The notes beneath the pieces are model-generated. The model was given only the letters and a program-made list of their open reading frames with translations, ran no database searches and was not told where the DNA came from. A program made the position numbers and the translations under genes. Positions 13,208-25,760 of a stretch of 64,000 nt of DNA are shown here, piece by piece (position 1 is the stretch's first letter; each line of letters starts with the position of its first letter). The stretch is taken from the NCBI GenBank assembly GCA_000320545.1, contig ADNK01000826.1, positions 22,441 through 86,440 on the forward strand, given 5' to 3'. The stretch comes from Bigelowiella natans CCMP2755 (lineage: Eukaryota; Protista; Cercozoa).

Positions 13208-13976
13208 CGCTGATGTTGGATACACAGACGGATCAGGGTTCATCGCGAACAGCAACAGTGAGATCCTGCTATCCGCCATTACAGCGTTTGCACGCCTCAA
13301 AAACCTCAAAGGTATCAAATGAATTAGCAATCCTGAGAAGCGCGTTTTTCGTCTTGGTGCTATATGATGGAGCATGTATACCGAATGTAAGAAGAAGAAG
13401 AAGAGGCCTGGGAGTACTACTCAGCTGTGCAGCAGAGCAAAAGCCATGTTGCACGTGTCAAGCACTATTAGAGTTAAAAGATATATTAGTAGTAGGGGTT
13501 TATGTTGTTAGATCATAAATATTTTCCACATCCTCGCAGCAGTGGGAAATTCCATGACCTTCCTTGCGTATCATCTTATCCGCAACCCTAACCCCCCCCC
13601 CCCCTCCCCTTCCTCTTTTGGGATATTCTCAAACACCAGCAATTGAGCAGTGCATCGCGCGACTAGAGTCCATTACGATGTCGAATCTTCAGGCTGTACA
13701 TTACCAGCACATCATCGTAGCGTACATGGAGGCGAACGCTCTCGAGCAGGCGCTGGGATGGCATGCTCGCATGCACGAGAAGGGGTTTCGCATGGACGAA
13801 GATTATAGCGGCGTAGCAGGAGGAGGGAAAGGAGGCGGAGGAGGAGGAGGAGGAGGAGCTTCAGAAGCAGCAAGAGGTGGTAGATCCGGGAGGAGGGTTG
13901 GGGGGAGCTGCAGTGGTTACCACCAATTGATCGAGATGTGCATTCTTCGGAACGACCACAAAGGACTCAAAGCTTG

Positions 13977-14012
<36 letters not shown>

Positions 14013-15290
14013 AAAGTGGTAGTAGTAGTACTGTGCCTCACCCCAATCAAAATTCAAAAATAATGTAGCGTGTGCTACAATTTGTTATACAAACGGATTT
14101 TCTTTTAGTCGTGGCAATTGTGGTGGAGGTGGTGATGTTGGTGGTGGTGGTGGTGGTGGTAGATGGTGATATGTAGAAATGTTACCACCTTCGTTTCTTC
14201 GCTCCCTCCTCCTCTCCCCCCTCCTCGTCAAATACCTCATTCGGTCTCTCCCTTCGTGCTGGTCCAGGTTGAGTGAGATGAAAACGCACTGGGTTAGCTT
14301 GGCGTCACAAGAGCTTTTAGCACTTATTGCTGACTTTTACGTATCACCCTCCTCGTCCTCTTCATCACCATCATCATCATCATCGTCGCCCTCTTCTTCT
14401 TCATCGTCGTCATTTCCATCACCGGAGATGGCGGCCCGCATTCTCTCCTCCCCTAACATTGCGGATCTGGAGTTGCGAGGGATGAACGAAACCTCCAAGG
14501 GCAGGAAGATGGTTAGTCAATCAAACAATTTGTGGAGTGAAAATCATCGGTGACGTCATCCGCGACACGCAGTCATCAACAGTTTCGGAGTAAATCCATC
14601 CATCTTTGCTGAAGTGTAGCGAGATACAACTACGTGCTGTTTATTCGTATCAGTGTGTAGCTGGTACTATGTATTTACTCATCACTATCACTATCCTTAA
14701 TCATGTTATTTTAAGTCTCCCTCTATTTTCCTCCTCCTCCCTTTCCCCCCATCTTCTAGGAGTACCAAGCGATTGAAAAAGTGATCCAGGCTTTCCTAAA
14801 CAACGGCAATATCAGAAAGGTAATAAATATCTCTGCGTTGCACCAGAACGTTGATAACGCTACTACTATTTATGACTTTCCTGCGACATTTTACCACTGG
14901 TGGTTTTGCAAGAAGCAGCAAACTATGGAGACAACTTAATGTTGTCTGCTCGTTCGTTATTGTGTAAAAAATAGCCTGCCCTTCCTTCAACGAAGAAGCA
15001 GCAAGTTGCATCACCTAGTGTGAATCAGTCTGAGGATGTTACCTTAATGATTTTTTGTATTTGTACAAGATTCGGTTGTATGCTGACTTCTCATTTTCCA
15101 TGATCTTGCATAGGCGGAACATTGGCTTCATGAGATGGCTCGGCGGGGATTGGTGACGATGATTTCATGCACATATTCTAATGATGGGGGAGCTGGGGGA
15201 GGGGGGGGATATGAAGCGTAATTTCTAATGTGCATCTGCTATCGACAGAACGCCGACGCCAAAATCTATGCAATGTTTCTCAACGGGTAG
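9668..15290 (+). CDS. Multi-exon pentatricopeptide-repeat (PPR) protein, probably mitochondrial
   Basis: Repeated 35-aa motifs (WNCYLSACAHQGD, CNAILHAYLRSKD, SPDLTSYNLLL, QPEYETYRNLV); R-rich leader MKRCRRLFKGLSHR; continues past the 539-aa ORF via donor at 11230; last exons AEHWLHEMARRGL|NADAKIYAMFLNG* (TAG 15288-15290). Confidence 0.8.
13141..13205. repeat. Compound (CT)n(CA)n microsatellite, intronic
   Basis: Direct observation. Confidence 0.9.
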
Positions 15291-15369
15291 TTGCACTACT
15301 GATGCCTCATCTTCATGAGCCAAACCAAGATAGGATGTTTTCATGATGCTGAGAGATCTATAATTTACA

Positions 15370-15870
15370 CACATCAGCATGTTTGGGGGCGACATTTTCG
15401 GCCTAGACAAAGCGTTGAAAGCCTCTGGTGAATGTGCAAGATCGGTACTATTCTCCCATTTCACGCTACAGATTGACGTATCAACAACATAGTATGCGTT
15501 AATTTACATGCCAATGTTTGTGTGCGAAGGCCGATTGGTGGGTTGACAGAATGCGGCGGGACAATGTTGCGTTTGCTGACGTGGTCAGTGAGATGAAGAA
15601 GAAACGCAAGTGAAGTACTGATGCTCAGCTGAAACCATGAATGGTTCGAGAAAGCGGCCACATGAAGCATGGTTGACATCTTCTCGTGCTTCGTCGCAGA
15701 TAGAAGCTGTAGCAGAATTCTGATTCGGGTTGGAACGTAAATGTCGTTGAAAAATGAATGCTTGCATTTCAATTGATGAACACGCTCGCATCAAAGTGCT
15801 GAAGTTGGTGTTCCCAAGAACACCACCACGCGAATATATAGACGGATGTGTGACACATGAAGTATGACAT
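15370..15870 (+). pseudogene. Decayed PPR-like coding relic immediately downstream of the PPR gene
   Basis: PPR-like fragments scattered over three frames with stops: LDKALKASGECARS, AKADWWVDRMRRDNVAFADVVS, HEWFEKAAT*SMVDIFSC, AEF*FG. Confidence 0.45.
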
Positions 15871-16322
15871 GCATCGTCTAGATCATATCGTTGACATCGC
15901 ACACAGAAACTAGGAAAGCCTGTCAGCTCTTCTCCATGCTAGCATGCGACACGCAGAACGCAACAACTCGTGCGCTTCAATCGTGCATAATCATGCACTA
16001 CATAGCACCGATGATGCTGCTGCTAGCTAGCTAGGTCACCTACTAGCAGCTTCTGGCAAAGTGGCAAAACATGCAGCGACAGTGCTTGATCGGTGCATGA
16101 CATGCGTGTTTGTGCGCATCTGCGCGCCTGTGAAGTGTCGTTGGCCAACAGCGCGCGTGCGCAAATGAGCAATGCAATTTTCATTGCCGCAGTCCACGCT
16201 TCAGCTAGTACGTCAGCTGCAGTGGCTTGTCTTGCCATGCCAGCATGCATGCCAGCAAGCTGTGCAAAACTCTAGAAATTGCACAATGACTGTGTTGCAG
16301 CGAAGTCCAGAAGTGCCGGGAA

Positions 16323-16710
16323 TCAGTCTCGAACGTGCTCATCATCCACCTCTTCACATCAACACGTGAGTCCAGGAGCAGTGTCGTTCACTTCAATGGT
16401 GACTTCATCACCCTCGAAGGTCACCAACGCATCGATGGCAAGAACATCCAAGCCCCGAACAAACACCTGCGCACACCCCAAACGAAAAGCCCACAACCTC
16501 TAGACCTGCTAGCCTGTCTAGCTGTGTCGCGGCTGCAATTTGAAGTCTTCGAATGTCAAATTGTCCCAATTTCCTTTTGAGAGACTTGAGTCTCTTGAAA
16601 GATGTTGCACCAGTTGGTGGAGTGATCAATCACAAGGAGCACTAGCTCGGAAGCTTCGGGAAGGGCCGGGAGGTTCTCCACATGCAGTTCTGACGTTGAG
16701 CACTTTTCCA
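16323..16710 (-). pseudogene. Internally deleted synapsin-like (ATP-grasp, synapsin C-domain) pseudogene
   Basis: VLLVIDHSTNWCNIFQ resembles the synapsin C-domain start (VLLVIDEPHTDWAKYFK); about 100 nt later RLWAFRLGCAQVFVRGLDVLAIDALVTFEGDEVTIEVNDTAPGL resembles its end ([22 protein letters not shown]...IIEVVGSSMPL); frameshift and in-frame stops. Confidence 0.7.
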
Positions 16711-17104
16711 AAGTAAAACTCTAATCAGAATTTTCTCTCTACGACAAGGAAGTAATCAAAAGTAACCTACAAATGGCCCCGAATGAAGTATATTCCATTC
16801 TGAATTGACGACATGAATCAGTAGCATACGTCCGCAACCGGCTAATGCTGCGTTTCTCAAACTCGTCGATAATTCTGAGTCAAAATGGCCTGTATTCGTT
16901 GTATTAAATATGAAAAACGGTGAATTACGGGTTATACCGGATAATGGATATTTGGCACCATCTGCGATCCATTTTAGTAATCTAGGATCGCCCGCTCCCC
17001 CCTTAAAGATCGAAGGTTTTCTGACAATCAATCGAAGTTTATCGACCACTTGAAAATCCATAGAAAGAGGAGATCCAGATCCCGAAAAAGTCTGGTTCAT
17101 CACA

Positions 17105-18571
17105 ATGACCATTGACTGTGATGAGGATGGCTTGGCAAGCAAGCTGCCTCCCCGATACAGCAATGTAGATGTTGGTTTGACCATAGCGCTTTACATGTTC
17201 GCGAACGCTGGAGTCTCAATATCACAAAAACTCGCAGTATCAACGATACCATTGCCATTTTTCCTCGTGGCACTACAAGTATTAGCTACGCTCATTCTCT
17301 TGATTCCGTTCGCGACGACCATCAAAATGGGGTGAGAATACAAAGCTGCTAAATTCAATTTTTTAAGTTTAAAGGCCTCTGAGCTTTAGCCATCTATTGT
17401 GGGTAAAACTGATTATATGTTCTTAAGGTCGCTGGAAGATGCAAGGAAATTCCTTCCTATTTCGTGTGGCTTCTTCTTCATGCTCGTCGGATCGATGATA
17501 GCATACCAGTAAGAAGACGACATTTTAGATCATTGAGTTCATAATTTATTTGGATTTTTCAATGTAACCAGATATTGTACCTTGGGAACCATTGTTGTCG
17601 TTGGGAGCATTTCTCCTTTAATTACCCTGGCCATTGAAAAGCTGTATTTTGTGGAGAATAGAATACGCCTGTCATGGCACACTTTTGCGTCGTTAACCGT
17701 CACGGTAACAGCATCTCAATTTCATCGTACGCCAGGATTTTTAAGAAGTTTACTATAGGTGAGTGGAGTGATCTTGTATGGAGCATACAAGTCGGAGCTT
17801 GAGGCGCAGTTGATTGGAATGTTTGCTCTTGTTCTAAAGATAATTGTGGCAATTCTCTATCAAACCCGGCAAAGGTACCTAATAAGCCTCGATGTTTCTA
17901 CAAGCAGGAATAAATCTTTTCCTAACATCAGATATCTGATGGTTGAAGATCCTGTTGACATTTCAGACACAGGAATGATGGTAAGTATAACTGTAACGCA
18001 ACATCAAATTGACGCCAAGTGCTGACGTAGCATGAACAGGTGTACAACAATGTGGTAACCTTCATCGGCACTCTTTTCTGTATCGTACCTTTTGGCGAAC
18101 ATACCGTATTGATGGATCTCAATCCTAGCGCATTCGGAATATTTGCTGTGACTGCATCGTGTATATTCTCCGGTATTTGCATAATTTATGAGGAATGCGT
18201 TTGACATGTTTGAGAATCCTTTTGTTGTCTCAGGGCTGATTGGATACGTCGCATTCCGTACGCAAAGACGTGTGTCTGCAACATCGTTTCTAATTGTTAC
18301 AAACGTGTGCAAGGTTGCTGTGGTGCTGTTTGGTTGGCTAATCCTGAAAGAAAGTTATAACTGGCAATCTGGGACGGGTTGTGTTCTCGTTATGATCGGA
18401 GCAGCGTGGTATGGATGGGATAGACGTACGATATCCGCGAGGGATAATGGGGTATCCACTGTTCGTGCCCAACGGGCCAATCCAGAGGATTTTGGCCTGC
18501 TTGAAGAAGCAGAGTGGATCCGAGAGAAACATTGTCGTCTTGAAATGGATGATTCAGAAAGAGATTTTTAA
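17105..18571 (+). CDS. Nucleotide-sugar transporter (GDP-mannose/GDP-fucose transporter-like, GONST/VRG4 type, DMT superfamily)
   Basis: Multiple TM segments; ISISQKLAV, GMM|VYNN, RRVSATSFLIVTNVCKVAVVLFG motifs; short GT-AG introns. Confidence 0.8.
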
Positions 18572-19457
18572 TGAACTTGTTTGAATAAATGTAACATCCT
18601 CTGATTGTATAAAATCTACCTCTACTATGGCTACCAATCCTGATTTTAGCTAGCTATCGCAGTACACATCAATTACCTACCACAGCACCACGAAGATTGC
18701 TGTACCATGCCTCGCTCAATAATCGTCAATCTGCGAGCAGCGTACATGCATAGCCACAAAATCGTCGCCGCTGCTTCTACCTGCACGATCTATCTCGCTG
18801 CTAACTAGACGTACCTACCCCTCTCTGTCTACATCTACTCTTACCTAGATACACCATCGATCAGACCATGCATGTGCATGCAGCACACATGGTGCGTATA
18901 TGAGATGAGATGAGATGAGGACGGATGCAATGAAACGAGGCCATATTTTCAATTCTTGCATGGCATCGCATCCTAGCTTAAGCTATATATGCACTTAGCC
19001 TTTATATATACCTTATACAATGTAACGCTGTAAAATTCCTATAGGAATTGAAAAAGGACATGGTATAAGGGAAAAACTAAACAATGGTTATGCGCTGATC
19101 GATATGCTGCTGCTGCTGTGCCACAAGTCGCAATGATGCATCGTGCAGCTTTGGTATCTAGTCGCCACGACGTTGTACATGGCAAGCTACATAATATATA
19201 CGCTTCTGCGTTGGAGTGCCGACAATAATGCATGCGCATGTTGCTAGATACATGCATAATGAAAATAATGAGTCCATAGCCATTTGAAATAAATCCGTAT
19301 GTCTGTCGCTTAGCTTGCTAGTTAAATCTACATCGTGCCCAGCATGCATGCTACAGTGCACCAAGAATTTTTTCGTATTCGCGGGTGTTTTCTGCCTATT
19401 CCATCTGCTTCTTTATCAGGATGACCAAGAATGATTCAATGCTATGATTTGTCCTTA

Positions 19458-20997
19458 CTACGCGCTCTTTGGAGGGTTGAACGATTTCACAGTCTATATT
19501 TCAGGATGTAGAAATTACAATCATACAAAGAGCAACACCTCAATTTGCGGACATTAAAAATTAGAAATATTTGGCATGAACATGCTACAATTTATGACCT
19601 TGACGATGTCGGGGTAAAACTTGTCAACGTCTCTTTGATCACAAACTCCAGTCACAGAGTAAAGACGATTATAACTGTTCAAAAATACCATTATAGCGTG
19701 GTGTTTATCGTTCAACATTATTCATTTTCCGCAGTCAATGTAAATGTACAACCTGCCAGGGTTTCTAATGGCGTTTGCTACGAAAAATCGCAACTTTGTC
19801 GCGTAATCCCCAATCTGAGTCAGAAAGTGTATGTTAGAGTGATCCTCACTCTATCATGACGATAAAACATTATTATAAATTTGTTACTTCATCACTGTAG
19901 TCCTCGAAAGTTTCATACTCTGCGTAATAAATATCCCCCACCTGAAACATAACGTTCATGTTGGGCTTATTATTTGGGAAAGAAACACGAATTCCCACAT
20001 TATATGCATCTAGGAGCCTTGCTGTTGGAACATTTTTATCTTTGTAGCGGCCGAATTTCCGATCCACAAGATTCACCAGCTTAATACCAAAGGAATCTGG
20101 GGACCCGAAGCTGCCCATATCTACACACACAACATCGAATAATTCCTTCGTATGCAAATAGAATCATAGTTCCTAGTGCAACTGATACTATGGACTTACT
20201 TTTAAAATCGATGGCAACGGCGGATACAACAACGTTTACATTGGTCTACCAACGAAAACAACAACAGCGGCGTCAATGAAGCAGATTGGAAGAGATGCTT
20301 TGCTAATTCAATGAATGTAGACAAGAACGAAGACGACGACCTTTTCCCTTGCGCCTTCCGGAACGAAGCCTGTGACTTTGCGTATGTAGGATTGAGACGA
20401 ACCGAGACCATTGTTCAGCTCAGATTTTCCAAACTTCCAGTTCTGAGGACATATTTTGCACATTTTTAATCCGTTGAGGCACAACCTGCCAAACGATGTG
20501 GACATTTGTATTCATACGTTCGGTACGCTAAGTTGGAACTTTTCATCCTCGTCATTGTACACAGTAACTGAAAATACCAAAGAGATTATTAATTTGAAGT
20601 AACACGGTTCTCTGATGAATACTTCCGTCTTCTGCCACCGCTCTGCCACGGTTGCTCAGAGCCAGGGAAGCTCCTATCCCTAATCCAGTGAGCGCATTTC
20701 TTCTGCCAACCTGTATACGTAGCTTGTTCAAGGATCTCATCAAAATATAAGTCAAGCCCTCACCCTCTGTTGAGCATATGTTGTCCGAGCAACACGGGCG
20801 CAACTCCGAACAGATTCGCTTCGCGCTGGAAGTGTGGGCATCATGTAACCACAGATGATGATTACTCCCACTATCGCAAGGATCAACCTCGCTGATTAGT
20901 ATAAATATAGCAGGGAATCAAAAACAGTGAAAATAATACGTCATGGGGCCATCACTCTCCACTTACCCCATGAGCAGGCGCGAGGGGAGGGAGGCAT
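19458..20997 (-). CDS. PPD3: PsbP-domain protein 3-like thylakoid lumen protein with tripartite leader
   Basis: MGSFGSPDSFGIKLVNLVDRKF, ARLLDA, YYAEY, YNRLYSVTG, TVKSF match plant/green PPD3; leader = signal peptide (RLILAIVGVIICG) + transit-like segment + twin-arginine RRNALTGLGIGASLAL...AVA. Confidence 0.8.
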
Positions 20998-22037
20998 CGA
21001 GAGTTATTTAGGTTTCAAAGATTTCCGATGCCTGGGTTTTCTAATATGCGACAATACATTATTGCCTTTTGAAGGCCTAAATCGATGGCTAAGGCCCAAA
21101 TTGCCCTGTTTTGCTCTTGGGAACATGCATTTTTGGTGCTCTTCTTGTGGGCGGGGCGATATTATCCGGTATTCGCATTGCAATCCCTGGGGCTTTTTCC
21201 CCGATACATCTTGATGGTACCGGAGAGATTTATTATTTCACAGGGTGCACACGCATAACAGATCGTGGATCACGTCGACTGCGTATCGGAAAAATAAAAT
21301 CCAGACAAACCGTGATTAATGTATAAATAGACGGCAGAAATATTTGGTGAATCAATAACTTTTCCGTTGTCGGTCAAGGATATCTCATTATATTTGTTCA
21401 AAGTGTTATCTCCGATACTGAAATTATACTCTGAATTAACTCCTTTTAAGGCGATAGAGAACTATCAGGAATGCAGGAGGATAACATGAAGAAATGCTTC
21501 AAAACAAGACAAGCTTTTTCAAAATCACCTGGAAACAACGCCCTATTTCAGGATCATTAGAAATGCTCGAATTAATGATATTTATATTTTTATGATGGAA
21601 TTTAATAGATACGACATCAATATTATGGAAAATATCGTAAAAAACGAATGTCCGTTATGTGACGCGGCACGGTAGTTGGTCTTGATATTGGGAGCAACGA
21701 GTCCAAATACCAGGATTCTTGGTGAGCGCGTCTCTTGCATGTGCATGATTGTGTGTTGTCCTTCCCTCTCTTTCTCCCTATCTCTCTTCGTATGTGTGCG
21801 TATACGCGCATGAGCCGCCGAGATCCGTACATATACGTATCTCCATTCTTTATTTATCTATGTTGCGCCCAATTTTTCTGGAGAATAATAAGATGCAGAA
21901 AATCGAGAATGATCTGGCGCGCATACTGTTTTGTGTGTTATGCTGCTACTGTGAGGCGTCCCACTGACCTACTTTTATTCGTAGAGTTGATTTTTCATGA
22001 ATTGCTTACATTCAACTCCTAATTCAGCGAAAGAAAA

Positions 22038-23291
22038 ATGCTGGCGACTATTTTCTACGCAGTGGCAGTTCCTGCTGCACTCTATGCATTCTCAGTCGTG
22101 TACCCCTACCTGCCTGTGTTCTCCTACAAGCACGTCTCCGATCTTGATAACACAATCAACAAGTTTGAGGACCAATTTGTTGACAAGAAGGGAGCGAAGA
22201 ATGCTGCGTCGGACAAGCGACGTGCAGAATACACGAAGACGACCGAGACCTTCTACAATCTGATCACTGACTTCTATGAGTACGGATGGGGACAATCTTT
22301 CCACTTTGCTCCTCGATACGAGGGGGAGGACTTCCATGCTTCCATCAAGCGATACGAGCACTACGTTGCTTCTCAGCTTGGTATCCCTACTCCTTGGAAC
22401 GCACTTCCTACTGAAGAGAAGAAGATGCCCAGAGTACTGGACGTTGGATGCGGAATCGGCGGACCTATGCGATCTGTTGCTAAATTCTTCAAGTACCGTG
22501 TGCGCGTTACTGGTGTTAATATTACAGCTGAGCATATCGAACGTGCCAAGAGATACAATGCCCGTGAGGGAATTAAGAACTGCGACTTCATCCAGGTTTG
22601 GCTCAACTTTAAGTGTGTTCGATAATGCTGTGAGAAGAAGGTTTTATTGATGATCGCATGTTTTTTAAGTCTCTACTTTTACATTTTGATTGATTTTTAC
22701 TTCTTGGACGTCACAATTTAGGGAGACTTCAACAAGATTCCTGTCGCCGACGGCACCTTTGACGCAATTTACGACTTCGAGGCTACCTTGCACTCTACCG
22801 ACACGCTGACGACATTCAAGGAACTGTACCGTGTTCTTAAACCAGGCGGACGCATCGTGTCAGCTCAGTACACTCTCTTGGATGCTTACGATGAAAAGAA
22901 CGAAAATCACGTCGATATCATTCGTCGTGTTGACAACACCAACGGATGCTACTGTGCGGGCCGTAAGACCGCTGTCACAACCAAGGCTCTCAAGGACGCT
23001 GGCTTCAAGATTCTTTCATACGAGGATGTTTTCTCAAAGGAAGCAGGCAGCGACATTAAATTCAGCGAAGTCTTCGAAGGCATGCGTGGCGGTCGTTTCA
23101 CAGGAACTCAGTTTGGCTGCTGGTGCACCTACATCTTCTGCTACCTTGGAGAGAGCCTTCGAATCCTTCCTAAGGGCACAGCTGAAGTACAGTCCATGCT
23201 CATGGGGGCAGCTGAATCATTCAAGCAGGCTGGTCGCGAGAAGATTCTTACCCCTGGTATGCTCTACGTGCTGGAAAAGCCTCTGAAGTAA
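22038..23291 (+). CDS. SMT: Sterol C24-methyltransferase (ERG6/SMT family); exons 22038-22595 and 22722-23291
   Basis: FYEYGWGQSFHFAPR sterol-binding motif, VLDVGCGIGGP SAM motif, YRVLKPGG; phase-0 intron 22596-22721 gives FIQ|GDF. Confidence 0.92.
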
Positions 23292-24126
23292 GCACAGATG
23301 CGAACATGTGTATGCGTGCTGCTTTTGGATGCTATTTTGCCGATTGCCGGACCGATTTGTGGCGTGCTACGGCTTAATCAAGATGACAGCTTGTAAATTC
23401 TGAATGATGAGGACTAACTAACATAGTGCATCCAAATTTTAAATCCACCAATTTTGTCACAACATGAAAGCACGATGACATCATTGTGCTTCTTTGTAGA
23501 TTGAAGTGTGCAATGAACGATGTTAGCGAGTCTTTGACAGCAGGCGAGCTGCGTAAGCCAAGCGCAATGTGTTGGCGATATCGTAAACTAGTGTAAGGCA
23601 TCATGCACGCGCTAGAGTTGAAAATGAGCGCCTGTGCAGCGCTTCGATCATAGCTGTGCGGCCTAGCTAGCTAGCTTTCTCCCGGGGATGCACACATGGA
23701 CGAGCCGAGGTACACACACATTGGCGTGTACACAGCTACATTGCGGATGACCATTGAGCAAATACAATCTTTTCATTACACATCCGTCTCACATAGGTCA
23801 TAGTAGTAGGCACAGACTATGCATTCCGCTGCTTTTTGATGATGGACACAGGAATCTTGAACCGACGACTGCAACGCAATGTGCACGCGAGTGCGCTTGC
23901 CTTGCTTGTATATACTTGCTCGCTCGTATGATAATAGTATGTGGTGGCACCTTTTGCAATGCTTCACATAATTCACTGCAGGCAGGGCCTAGCTATCTAA
24001 TGCTGCTGAATTATAATGATTCATGTGTTCTTGTATTTATTTTACGATCACATCGTAGCGAATTTCAGTTCATTTTACTTGGCACCTTTCACTAGACAGG
24101 CTGTGACAACCAATGCATTGATTCTA

Positions 24127-25553
24127 TTACAATCGGAATCGCCCCCCATCCCATGCACCGCCTTTTTGCACAGCTCTGCGTAACGCCTTCGGAACGTCAT
24201 CGCCAAGATCCTCCTCGCCGTTATTATTTGCATTCATATCTCCACCACTTTCCGGCGTGAAATCTTCTAAGTCTTTGCCTCCACCAGCAGCAGCGACAAC
24301 GATTGAATACGCACCTACAATACCAAAGCAGCAGCACTTATCACAAATGAAGAATGCCTGGTAGTAATGAAATCTGAAACTTCCTTATGTATAGGCAGTC
24401 TTTTCAACTATGCGTTGATTACTCTTTGTGAGTTGAGAAGTGATCTCACCTTCATCGAGGCTCCCGTCTGCTGCCACATCGAGGGCGTCTATCAAGGAGA
24501 AATCGGCATCCCGCTCACCAGTATAGAACATATCGTCTCCCCCTCCTTTATAGATTCATGACCAATAGTCACCAGCGTGCAAAAGAAGAAAAACAATAAT
24601 GGGCGATTAACTAACACTGGCTGCTCATGACTCTCGGAGAGCGCTCTGCAATGTTATCGAAAGGCGGAGGAGCTGGAGGCCAAAGTTGTTACCTTTATCC
24701 TCTTCATTGGGCGCTGCGCCGCTTGATTCCCCCCCCCCTTCATTTCCGTACTCCTCCTCTGTATCTCCATAGTAGTCCAGATATACCTTTGTGTGTGTAT
24801 TGGATATTTATACATGTAGTTAATCATACACCACTTCGGGTGGTTGATCAAAAACACGCTGAGGTCTTCCTCATCTCTTTGTGTTGTCCTATTTCTTCCT
24901 CTTCTTCTTCTTCTTCTTCTTTTTCTCCTCCTCCTTCTTCTTCTTTCCTTCTTCTTATTCATGCGAACAACAACCTGGTCGTCTGCAAGGGCGTCAAATG
25001 TGTTAGCATCGGGAGCTACAGAAGCCTCCGTCATCCTAGCAAACAAGTCCAAAGCCTTTTCCTGCGACAATACATGAGGATAGAATCAAGGAACATGCTT
25101 ATACTTCCTCAAAGAACAAGGAAACCAATAAGGACATCATCTTGCACATCTCCCCCGCCACCTCCCCCTTTTCCTCAGCAGTGTTCTCTTGATTCCCCAC
25201 CCCTTCCTCAAAGCAATGATGTGCGTGTTCAAAGGGGTATGGGTTCCATAAAATTGCGAATAGGAATCACAATAAAGACGACTTATGGTGACTATAATAA
25301 TATAGACGACAACGACGACGACGATGATGATGATGATGATGATCAACAGATATAGTTGGCGGACCTGCTCCCCAGCAGCTTGCATCGCACGCAAGACTCG
25401 GTTGTACGTGAAAGCGTCAGGCTGCAAAACAAAGGTAAGGAGGACGGGAGAAGGCGGCAGGAGACAGGAATAAAATCCACCACTCTCATCGTTCGTATCA
25501 TAATCATAATATGGGCCTAGATCAAGATCCTATGATCTCTATCTCTCTCTCTC

Positions 25554-25590
<37 letters not shown>

Positions 25591-25726
25591 ATTTGTATTA
25601 CTAATGCTACTGCTACTACTACCCGTAATCCTTCGCCTGGCATTGATTCCAGACAGTACAGCGCCTTCTCCCACTCCCCCGCATTGCTAGTTAAAATAAA
25701 CTCAACTCATGGAAGAATCATCACCG

Positions 25727-25760
<34 letters not shown>

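Noticed and set aside
15493-15900. A + frame interrupted only by TGA stops (8 of them), suggesting selenocysteine or a recoded TGA
   Set aside because: The protein-like PPR text is spread over several frames, TAA/TAG are scarce here because TpA is depleted, and other genes in the window (e.g. the RRM gene) end in TGA normally
16047-16713. CpG methylation decay as the cause of the TG/CA excess
   Set aside because: CpG is still common in the tract; the missing dinucleotide is TpA
24627-25355. 242-aa + strand ORF and many ORFs with YIYI/CVCV/SLSL/HTHT runs
   Set aside because: Products of microsatellites and introns of opposite-strand genes
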